NCBI GenBank assembly: GCA_025459265.1
Contig: JALOQX010000002.1
Span: 1,945 to 65,944 of the forward strand
Reading direction: 5' to 3'
Length of the DNA stretch: 64,000 nucleotides
Origin: Pirellulaceae bacterium
GTDB lineage: Bacteria > Planctomycetota > Planctomycetia > Pirellulales > Pirellulaceae
Shown here: piece after piece, positions 56,683 to 64,000 of the stretch
Layout of the letters: each line of letters opens with the position of its first letter
How positions within the stretch are numbered: position 1 is the first letter of the stretch
The notes under the pieces: model-generated
What the model was told of the DNA's origin: nothing
Databases searched by the model: none
What the model saw: only the letters and a program-made list of their open reading frames with translations
Made by a program: the position numbers and the translations under genes

Positions 56683-57519
56683 TCAGGCGACCAGCCGCGG
56701 CGGCACGCGCGTGTGATCCTCATCCCCGGGCGCGAACATCCGGTCGATCTGCTCCCGGGTCCGGCCCTGCTGCAGCTGCCACAGGCGCGCCTGCTTGAGA
56801 AACGAGTAATATCCGGTCAGCGCGCAGATCTGCAGTCCCACGAGTCCGTCGAGAAAACCGAGCCGGACGATGTAGGCGTGCAGAAATCGCAGCGGCAGGT
56901 GCGTTGCCAGTTTCCACCCGCTGGCCCGCCGTCCCTGTGTGTGCCAGGTTTGTGCCTGGTAGCTTGTATAACGCTGCAGCCGCTGGAAGTAGTCGTCGTA
57001 TGTCCAGTAACTGTAATGCAGCAGGCGCTGCCGGAGACGACCGACGCGGCCCGTGGAGATGTCCACCTCGGCGTGATCCGTCCCCCCGCGGTAGACGCCG
57101 CAGTCGCGCCGAAACAGCCGTAACACGCGATCGCTCTGCCAACCGCTGAACCGGACGCGGTGTCCCATGAAAAAGTTCGCACGGGAGATCCAGTACCCGT
57201 CGCACGACGGGCCCTGCCGCAGCAGCTGGCGAATCTCGGCGGCCAGGGCGGCCGGCAGTCGCTCGTCCGCGTCCACAATCAAGACCCACTCATGCTGCGC
57301 CTGGGGGATCGCCCAGTTCTTGAAGTCACCCGAGTTGACGTAGGCGCGCTCGATGATCCGGCACGGGCCGCTGCGCCGCACGATCTCCAGCGTGCGATCG
57401 GTCGAGCCGGAGTCGGCCACGAGGACTTCGTCCGCGACCTGGCGCACCGACTGCAGACACTGGCCGATGTTCGCCTCTTCATCCTTGCAGGGTATGATCA
57501 CGGTCAGCCGTGCGGCCAT
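56683..57519 (-). CDS. Glycosyltransferase family 2
   Basis: From ATG 57519 the translation reads LTVIIPCKDEEANI, with DSGSTD and DADE (DxD). Confidence 0.85.
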   Translation of the reverse strand: MAARLTVIIPCKDEEANIGQCLQSVRQVADEVLVADSGSTDRTLEIVRRSGPCRIIERAYVNSGDFKNWAIPQAQHEWVLIVDADERLPAALAAEIRQLLRQGPSCDGYWISRANFFMGHRVRFSGWQSDRVLRLFRRDCGVYRGGTDHAEVDISTGRVGRLRQRLLHYSYWTYDDYFQRLQRYTSYQAQTWHTQGRRASGWKLATHLPLRFLHAYIVRLGFLDGLVGLQICALTGYYSFLKQARLWQLQQGRTREQIDRMFAPGDEDHTRVPPRLVA

Positions 57520-57535
57520 GGCCAGGTGCTCTCCG

Positions 57536-59086
57536 TCAACCAGCTTCTTTCCAACGTTGGCCGAACGGCGTGTGCAGCGGCACGATGTTCGCGGTGGTGT
57601 CACCGGTGAGCGATTCCACGATACGCGTCGTGGAAATGCCCTCCACCAGTCCCGCCACGCGGACCACGCCGCCATAGGCCTCCACCACTTCCCGACCCAC
57701 CACCTCGCTCGGCGCATACGTGCCGCCTTTGACCAGGACATCGGGCTGCAGGGCTTCCAGCAGGCGATGCGGCGTGCTGTCGTCAAACACGACGACCGCA
57801 TCCACACACGAGAGGGCCGCAAGCATCGCCGCGCGGTCCGACTGGCCGATCACCGGCCGCGCCGGCCCCTTGAGCTGCCGCACACTCGCATCGCTGTTGA
57901 CGCCCACGACCAACACATCACCCAGCGCGGCTGCCTCGGCCAGATACGTCACGTGGCCCACGTGCAGCAAGTCGAAACACCCGTTGGTGAAGACGATCTT
58001 CCGCCCCAGCGACCGCTGCCGCCGGCCGAATGGCGCCAGCTGCTCCACCGTCAGCAGTTTCTGCAGCCCGGGACGCGCCTGCGCCAACAGCTCGGCCCGG
58101 ATCTCGTCCCGCGTCACCTTCGAGACGCCCGTGCGCTCCACCTCCAGCGCCCCGGCCACGTTGCCCAGCTGCACCGCGGACTCCGGCGCAAGGCCGCTGG
58201 CCCAGCCGATTCCCAGGAGCGCCAGGACGACATCGCCCGCACCCGTGATGTCGTAGACGCTGCGCGGTCGCGTGGCATACAGCCCGGGTGTGCCGCGCCG
58301 CGGCACCAACGCCATCCCGTCGCGGTCCAACGTAATGATCGCCGTGGACAGCTCCAGCTGCTCGCACAGCCGAGCCCCGACACGCAGCGCGTCCTCCGGC
58401 CGCTGAATCCGACAGCCGGTGGCCGATTCGGCTTCCACGCGGTTCGGCTTGAGCACCGTCGCGCCACGGTACGCGCCGAAATTGTCCGTCCGCATCGGGT
58501 CGACCAGAACCGGCACCCCGGCGATCCGACACGCCTCGATCGTCGCCCGCACCACACGATTCGTGCACACGCCCTTGCCGTAGTCCGAGATCAGCACCGC
58601 CCCGTACCGCGCGACGCTGGCCTGCAGGCCGCGCACCAGTTCGTCCTCCAGTCGCCGATCCAGCGGCTCACGCGTCTCGCTGTCGACCCGCAAGATCTGA
58701 TTGGGATGTCGCGCCGCGGCCCGGCCAATGAAACGTTCCTTGGTCGTCGTCGAGCGCCCGGGATCGACCGTCACCAGCTCGCGGTGGATGCCATCCGCCT
58801 CCAGCATGCGGCTGACGATCGTGCCGGCCTCGTCGGCTCCCACGACCCCCGCGCAGGACACCTCCGCCTCCAGACCGCGCAACATCGCACAGACATTGGC
58901 GGCACCCCCCAGTCGCGTCTCGCGATGGTCGGCACGCAAGACGATCACCGGCGCTTCCTGACTGATCCGTTCGGCGTTGCCCCAGACGTAGCGATCCAGC
59001 ATCAGATCGCCCAGCACCAGAACGTGTGGCGAACCCAGTGCATCGAGGGCCTGCAACAACTGGGTGGGATGGTATTGTCCTGTCAT
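57536..59086 (-). CDS. hldE: Bifunctional D-beta-D-heptose 7-phosphate kinase / heptose 1-phosphate adenylyltransferase
   Basis: The N-terminal PfkB-type kinase (VLVLGDLMLDRY...EAPV) is fused to a cytidylyltransferase-type domain (FTNGCFDLLHVGHVTYL). Confidence 0.92.
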   Translation of the reverse strand: MTGQYHPTQLLQALDALGSPHVLVLGDLMLDRYVWGNAERISQEAPVIVLRADHRETRLGGAANVCAMLRGLEAEVSCAGVVGADEAGTIVSRMLEADGIHRELVTVDPGRSTTTKERFIGRAAARHPNQILRVDSETREPLDRRLEDELVRGLQASVARYGAVLISDYGKGVCTNRVVRATIEACRIAGVPVLVDPMRTDNFGAYRGATVLKPNRVEAESATGCRIQRPEDALRVGARLCEQLELSTAIITLDRDGMALVPRRGTPGLYATRPRSVYDITGAGDVVLALLGIGWASGLAPESAVQLGNVAGALEVERTGVSKVTRDEIRAELLAQARPGLQKLLTVEQLAPFGRRQRSLGRKIVFTNGCFDLLHVGHVTYLAEAAALGDVLVVGVNSDASVRQLKGPARPVIGQSDRAAMLAALSCVDAVVVFDDSTPHRLLEALQPDVLVKGGTYAPSEVVGREVVEAYGGVVRVAGLVEGISTTRIVESLTGDTTANIVPLHTPFGQRWKEAG

Positions 59087-59242
59087 CCTTGACCAAGACC
59101 TCGACAAAATGGGGTGGCGATGCGGTCCACGTGCCCGGCGGCCCCTGCGCATTGCGGCGCAGATTTCCCCGGCCGGCTTCCTGCCAGGTGCGTCTTTATA
59201 GCCTCCCCCACGGCTGCATGGTAGATAAACTGGGCAAGCTGG

Positions 59243-59518
59243 TTAGATCCCCAGCTGTCCCAGCGCGTCGATCATCCGTACGACCAAGCCGGAGACGGTT
59301 GGATGGGAGACCTGGAAACTCTCTTCGGCAGTCCGGAAGCGGGCGATCAGCGAGTCGGGTGCCAACGGCTCGGAGTCGAGTTTCCCCAGGGCGGTGCGCA
59401 GGTCCGAGAGCGTTTCGGTCAGCGCGGCACGGGAAGCCGGGTCAGCGGTATCGATGGCGGTCAATTCCGCCTCGAGTTCCTTGGCCAGTTGTCTGAGCTT
59501 GTCGACACGATCGGTCAT
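59243..59518 (-). CDS. DUF4404-like small protein
   Basis: From ATG 59518 it begins MTDRVDKLRQLAKELEAELTA and ends FQVSHPTVSGLVVRMIDALGQLGI, which resembles DUF4404 as I recall it. Confidence 0.65.
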   Translation of the reverse strand: MTDRVDKLRQLAKELEAELTAIDTADPASRAALTETLSDLRTALGKLDSEPLAPDSLIARFRTAEESFQVSHPTVSGLVVRMIDALGQLGI

Positions 59519-59637
59519 GGCGCGACTCCGTGACGAGCGAAGACCCTGGCGAGGGACGGACCAGGGGGCGGATGCGACGGTCTGGGGATTCAGTGTAGCG
59601 AGCCGGCAGTGCGGGGGGCAACTCGGTGCACGCCGGT

Positions 59638-61752
59638 TCAGAGGGCTGCGGCGTCGTGGGCGATGCTGTGCAGGGCCTGGGCTTTGAGGGCTTCCAGTAC
59701 CGGGCGGGCCGCGCGCGCCGGGATGGCGTAACTCGCGATGCGGCTGGCCCGCGCGATGTTGATCCCGACGGCCTGCCCGTCGAGGTCGAGCAGTGGTCCG
59801 CCACACTCGCGCGGCTGCAGCACGGAGTCGTGCTCCAGGGCCAGGGGGAACAGGACGCGACGGGTGCTCAACGGGCCACCCAGGCGGTCCTGAAATCGGG
59901 CGCGACCGCTCGACATCGTTTCCTCCACGCTTCCCAGCACCGCCGTCACCTGCTCGGTCTGATTGTGACGGACGATTGTCACTTTGATGCGGTCGCCCGG
60001 CAGCAGTGTGCTGGTTGTCGCGATGAGCGCATCGGCCGTCCGAACGGGCACGTCGTTGACCTGTGTCACGAGATCGCCGGTTTGCAGCCCGGCGGTGGCG
60101 GCCGCGCTGCCGGGCACCACGTACGTGATGCGCGGTCCGGGCTGATCCTCCGCCAGCTGGACGCCGAGGATGCCGCCGCGGACCGGGTGCGGCGCCACAC
60201 TGACGATGCCCACGGACTGCGGCATGTCACTCAGACCCGCCGTCACCACCCAGCTGCCGACGGCCGGCGGATCGTCCTCCCGCCAGCGTATGGCGGTCAG
60301 ATCCCCGACCGGGATGCGCAGCACCGCCAGATCGCTGGCGCGATCGACCCCCAACAGCTCGGCCGCGTACCGCCGGCCATTGGCCAGTTCGCAGAACGCC
60401 GGTCCGCGCAGCTCACTGGCTTTGGTGGCGATCAGCCCGTCCCGCTCGAACACGGTGCCCAGCGCGACCTGGCGGTTCTCGCAGATCACCCGCACCGTGC
60501 TCGGCGCGGACGGCCCGACGACGCTGCGGAACGCCTGCAGCACGGAAGGCGCATTGCGCGGCTCGCCGCGCGGTCCCGACGGTCCCGCGCGGTCGTCGCC
60601 GCCCGCCTGCGGCGCGCCTCCGGCGTCACCCGGGGACGGCTCCGAGGCCGATCCGCCCAGCGCGCCAATGACCAACGCCATTTCCAGCCGCTCGTCACCC
60701 CGGCGAATGACCAAGAGCACGTCATCGCCCGGATGACGCCGGCTCACCGCGGCCTTCAAATCGTCAAACGTCGTCACATCCTCCTCGCCAACGCGAAGGA
60801 CCACGTCACCGGCACGCAGCCCCGCCGCTTCGGCCGGTGAGGCGGGGAGCACTTCGGCGATCTGCGGCGTGTTGGTCGTGCGATCACCCAGCACGCCGAT
60901 GGCCGGCCGACCGAGCGGCCCGGATCGACCCATCAGCTGGGAGAGTCTCCCCCACGACTCGCCCCGCACCATGCGATCCCAGCCGGCGCGATACGCGTCG
61001 ACCGGCACGTGCACGTTCTTCGTCAACTGCTCGCCGATCCGGCTGTGAATCCCAACGACGTGGCCTTCCAGGTCGAAGAGCGGACCCCCCGAGTCCCCGC
61101 CCACCAGCAGGCAGTCGGTTTCGAGGGCCTCGTCGGAGATGGTCAGGACGCGGCCAAACCGCGCCACCGCTTGTCGGTCCGGCTGGTATCCGCCGGGATG
61201 TCCCAATGCGAGACACCAGGTGCCGGGCCGCAGGTCCGACGCGGCACCCAGGGGGGCGTGGGACCAGGTCGCGTCGCCTGAGGGCAGCTGCTTGTCGTCC
61301 GCCGGCGCAGGGTCCTCGATCTTGATCAGTGCCGCGTCCAGACTCCGGTTGGATCCCAGCGTGCGGCCGCGGACGTGCTGCCCGCGGGCCGTGATGATCC
61401 TCACGTCCCGGCCCGCTTCGCCGGCCACGTGGTGTGCGGTCAGCACGTACCCGTCCGGACTGACAATCACGCCGCTGCCGTGTGTCGAACCCAACTGGAG
61501 TCCGACGGTGGCCGCCATGGCTTGCCGGACCAGCTCGCGCTGTCGCGCCTCCATCTGCCGCAGTTCGTCTACCGACGTCGGCGTGGCGTCGGCCAGGAGC
61601 CGTGGGGGAGGCGCCGCCGCCGTGGCGACAAAGGCCTGCACCAAAGCACTCAGCAGAATCGCCAGCATAACGGGCCAGTTAGCCCGCGGACGGCGAGACA
61701 GGCGAGGATGAGCAGCGGCCGGCAGGCCAGCAACGGCGGTCAACGTCTGCAT
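59638..61752 (-). CDS. Secreted tandem trypsin-like (S1C/HtrA-type) protease-PDZ protein; the second protease module is degenerate
   Basis: Module 1 has TAHHV, DAALIKI and GGDSGGPLF, then a PDZ. Module 2 has IATKASEL, DLAVLRI, an inserted PDZ and RECGGPLLD. The start is ATG 61752 (signal/TM PVMLAILLSALVQAFVATAAA) or ATG 61794. Confidence 0.85.
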   Translation of the reverse strand: MQTLTAVAGLPAAAHPRLSRRPRANWPVMLAILLSALVQAFVATAAAPPPRLLADATPTSVDELRQMEARQRELVRQAMAATVGLQLGSTHGSGVIVSPDGYVLTAHHVAGEAGRDVRIITARGQHVRGRTLGSNRSLDAALIKIEDPAPADDKQLPSGDATWSHAPLGAASDLRPGTWCLALGHPGGYQPDRQAVARFGRVLTISDEALETDCLLVGGDSGGPLFDLEGHVVGIHSRIGEQLTKNVHVPVDAYRAGWDRMVRGESWGRLSQLMGRSGPLGRPAIGVLGDRTTNTPQIAEVLPASPAEAAGLRAGDVVLRVGEEDVTTFDDLKAAVSRRHPGDDVLLVIRRGDERLEMALVIGALGGSASEPSPGDAGGAPQAGGDDRAGPSGPRGEPRNAPSVLQAFRSVVGPSAPSTVRVICENRQVALGTVFERDGLIATKASELRGPAFCELANGRRYAAELLGVDRASDLAVLRIPVGDLTAIRWREDDPPAVGSWVVTAGLSDMPQSVGIVSVAPHPVRGGILGVQLAEDQPGPRITYVVPGSAAATAGLQTGDLVTQVNDVPVRTADALIATTSTLLPGDRIKVTIVRHNQTEQVTAVLGSVEETMSSGRARFQDRLGGPLSTRRVLFPLALEHDSVLQPRECGGPLLDLDGQAVGINIARASRIASYAIPARAARPVLEALKAQALHSIAHDAAAL

Positions 61753-61895
61753 GTCGGCTGGTCCCCGAAAATCACCCCCCGTGCCCTTGATCATACCGGA
61801 ATTCTCCCGGCGCTGCTCGACATTGGCCCGGCCCAGCGGAAAAATGGTCCGGCAGCAAGGTCCTTGCCAACAACTTTCCGGGGTGAAGTCGTCGC

Positions 61896-62777
61896 ATGCG
61901 AAGATTAATCGCCGGTTGTGGTTACCTGGGTTCGCGCGTGGCGCGCCTCTGGCAGGCCGCAGGCGATGACGTCCACGTGTTGACACGCAGCGCAGCCCGG
62001 GCCGGACACTTACACCAGCTGGGGCTGCGACCGCTCCAGGGGGATGTGACCGACCCGGCGACGCTCCCACCGTTGCCCGTGGTTGACACCGTGCTGTGGA
62101 GCGTGGGGTTCGATCGCCGCGCCGGCGGCGCGATCCACGACGTGTACGTCAGCGGCCTGCGACACGTCCTCCAACGCCTCCCCGCCCCAACGGTCCGGAT
62201 CGTCTACGTCAGCTCCACCGGAGTGTTCGGCGAAACGGATGGGAGTTGGGTGGACGAGACGACGGTGTGTCGCCCCCAGCGAGCAGGCGGCCGGGCCTGT
62301 CTGGATGCGGAACAGCTCCTCCTCCAGACCGACTGGGCCCGCCGCACCGTGATCCTGCGGTTGGCCGGGATCTACGGACCCGGGCGACTGCCGCGGCTCA
62401 ACCAGTTGCGCGCCGGACGGCCGCTGGACGCCGCGCCGGACGGGCTGCTGAACCTGATCCACGTCGACGATGCCGCCCACGTCGTGCAGCTGGTCGCCGA
62501 CCGGCCGTTGCCGCTGCCGCGCGTGTACCTGGTGAGCGATGGTCATCCGGTCCAGCGCGGCGACTTCTATGCCGAAGCCGCCCGGCTCCTGAACACACAG
62601 CCGCCAGTTTTCGAGAGACCCGTGGGTGCCACCGACGCGCTGGGGCGCTCCGGGGGCCACAAACGCGTCTCCAACCAGCGGATGCGCTCGGAGCTGAACC
62701 CTACGCTGCAATTCCGCTCGTATCGCGAGGGCCTGGCCGACATCGCGCGGGCCGAACGCGATTCCTCAGGCCCGTGA
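61896..62777 (+). CDS. SDR-family NAD(P)-dependent oxidoreductase / epimerase-like protein
   Basis: The N-terminal Rossmann motif is MRRLIAGCGYLGSRVA, and the length is 293 aa. Confidence 0.8.
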   Translation: MRRLIAGCGYLGSRVARLWQAAGDDVHVLTRSAARAGHLHQLGLRPLQGDVTDPATLPPLPVVDTVLWSVGFDRRAGGAIHDVYVSGLRHVLQRLPAPTVRIVYVSSTGVFGETDGSWVDETTVCRPQRAGGRACLDAEQLLLQTDWARRTVILRLAGIYGPGRLPRLNQLRAGRPLDAAPDGLLNLIHVDDAAHVVQLVADRPLPLPRVYLVSDGHPVQRGDFYAEAARLLNTQPPVFERPVGATDALGRSGGHKRVSNQRMRSELNPTLQFRSYREGLADIARAERDSSGP

Positions 62778-62846
62778 CGGCTGTGCGCGACAACCACGCC
62801 GACATGGCGCGCGCCAGACGCTCCCCCGCAGAAACCGCTCCATTTG

Positions 62847-62873
62847 TCTGTCTCCCATTTTTCTGTCTCCCAT
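62847..62873. repeat. Two 12-nt direct repeats (tctgtctcccat) spaced 15 nt start to start
   Basis: The copies lie at 62847..62858 and 62862..62873, in an AT-richer patch upstream of the Tyr-rich protein gene. Confidence 0.8.
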
Positions 62874-63081
62874 ATCGATACACTTGACGTAAGCTCGCCA
62901 GCTTTCCAGCGAGCTCGACCGGCGCGCCTTGGGCGGTGCGATCGCGTCAGCCCCGATCCGCCGGATATTCCCTCAATCCGCTACCAGCCGGCTGCCGATG
63001 GGTAATCTAGACCGAGCGACATGGATTCCGCGCTTGCGCGCGGCGGTGCCCAACGGTGGGTCGATATCAGGGGGGAATCAC

Positions 63082-63411
63082 ATGATGCGTCGTACGATCA
63101 TCATCGCGCTGTGTGCCGCGGCGCTCTATTTCAGTCTGACAGCGGCCCGGGTCCAGGCGCAGGAGCGGGCGTACGGCCGCGTGTGGGGCAATGCATACGG
63201 GCGCTACGACTGGGATCGCTTCTATCACTATCCGTATGTGTTCTACCCGCAGAACTTCTGGGGGAACGAGTACTATCGCAGCGCCGAGAGCTTGTACTAT
63301 CGGTACCCGCCGGAAATGCGGATCCCGGTGTACAACAAGAAGTGGCAAAACTACTACCCGGAGGATCGGCGGTACCACTACGGGCACCACTTCTATCTGG
63401 ATGTGTTCTGA
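63082..63411 (+). CDS. Small secreted Tyr/aromatic-rich protein
   Basis: From ATG 63082 there is a signal peptide (MMRRTIIIALCAAALYFSLTAARVQAQ). The mature ~80 aa are rich in Y/W/F/R (YGRYDWDRFYHYPYVFYPQNFWGNEYY...). Confidence 0.65.
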   Translation: MMRRTIIIALCAAALYFSLTAARVQAQERAYGRVWGNAYGRYDWDRFYHYPYVFYPQNFWGNEYYRSAESLYYRYPPEMRIPVYNKKWQNYYPEDRRYHYGHHFYLDVF

Positions 63412-64000
63412 GCCGTCGTCGTCGCGCCGCAGCCTACGGCGTAATAGACCTCGACCGCGGCCGTGAGCTGGTCGATCGCGATCCACTCGTCGGCCGTGTG
63501 CGCCTGGTCGATGGACCCGGGTCCGCACACGACGGTGGGAATGCCCGCTTCGGCGTAGAACGGGGCGTTGGTGCCGTACGGGACACGAACTCGGTGCGCG
63601 TCGTGGCCGAGTCGCCGGATGGACAGGAGTAGCTGCTCGGCCAGTGCGCGATTCTCGTGATCGCTCAGTCCGCGACTGACCAGAAACGGCGGGTCATGCC
63701 GCAGTCGGTCGGCCAGCGCCGGATGACCCGCGAGTGCGTCGAGCACGTCTTGGCGAGCCACTTCCGGGGCGTCCTCGGGGAGCAGGCGGCGATCGATCTC
63801 GATCGTGCAGTAATCCGGGACGGTGTTGACGGACAATCCGCCGCGGATGGTGCCGACGTTGAGTGTGGGCGGGCCGAGCGCCGGGTCGCCGGGGCGCTGT
63901 TGCAGCGTCGCGGCATAGGCCTGCAGGGCGAGCACGGCCTGGGCCATGCGATAGATCGCATTGTCCCCTTGGTCTGGGCGCGAGCTGTGGGCAGCCCGGC
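63393..64000 (-). CDS. M20-family peptidase (ArgE/DapE-like deacetylase), 5' end truncated by the window edge
   Basis: The frame stays open past the listed ATG to the window end (..AAHSSRPDQGDNAIYRMAQ..). The C-terminal motif is GPGSIDQAHTADEWI. Confidence 0.85.
   Translation of the reverse strand, partial: RAAHSSRPDQGDNAIYRMAQAVLALQAYAATLQQRPGDPALGPPTLNVGTIRGGLSVNTVPDYCTIEIDRRLLPEDAPEVARQDVLDALAGHPALADRLRHDPPFLVSRGLSDHENRALAEQLLLSIRRLGHDAHRVRVPYGTNAPFYAEAGIPTVVCGPGSIDQAHTADEWIAIDQLTAAVEVYYAVGCGATTTAQNTSR

Noticed and set aside
1-64000. tRNA, rRNA, tmRNA, RNase P or SRP RNA genes in the larger intergenic gaps (1012-1261, 14147-14463, 17409-17720, 26266-26863, 31281-31749, 33466-33814, 52158-52657, 62778-63081).
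   Set aside because: I could recognise no cloverleaf-compatible T-arm or anticodon-arm pattern and no conserved RNase P, tmRNA or SRP motif by eye. tRNAscan-SE or Infernal would be needed for certainty.

Overview
This is a very GC-rich bacterial chromosomal segment. My hand counts on two 120-nt samples give 88/120 G+C at 1261-1380, against 62/120 in an atypical patch at 361-480. I can support about 55 protein-coding genes.

**Likely origin.** The gene content points to Planctomycetota, which is an inference, not a search result. The pointers are a 1227-aa SecA, two ECF sigma factors each paired with a Ser/Thr kinase, a protein with an N-terminal 'LESR..LS' motif, secreted xylose-isomerase-like TIM-barrel proteins, and FHA/sigma-54 regulators.

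**Housekeeping and envelope genes.**
- Core functions: ruvX, metK, secA, rsmE, trkA, cbiX and a tail-specific protease.
- Nucleotide-sugar enzymes: a GDP-mannose pyrophosphorylase and a UDPGP-family pyrophosphorylase.
- LPS inner-core set: waaA, a GT9 heptosyltransferase, a GT2 and hldE.
- Efflux locus: tetR, an MFP adaptor and an RND pump, divergent from a NodT-type outer membrane factor.

I recognised no rRNA, tRNA, CRISPR array, transposase or integrase.

**Most unusual observations.**
1. A low-GC DUF4160/DUF2442 gene pair bracketed by 94-bp direct repeats (41-1106).
2. An 866-bp non-coding gap between two ECF-sigma/kinase modules that holds a nested stem-loop of about 230 nt plus paired direct repeats (36604-37469).
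3. An identical 15-nt palindromic motif in both promoter regions around a WYL regulator and a convergent secreted protein.
4. Three tandem hairpin repeats at 26509-26679.
5. A short dispersed repeat at 28391 and 48915.
6. Several odd small proteins: one built from 24-aa tandem repeats, a stand-alone secretin-like fragment, and a Tyr-rich secreted peptide.

I could not identify a clearly novel multi-gene system with confidence. The candidates are ranked in the findings.

The many long ORFs antisense to real genes are GC artefacts. Start codons were chosen by eye and are approximate where noted.
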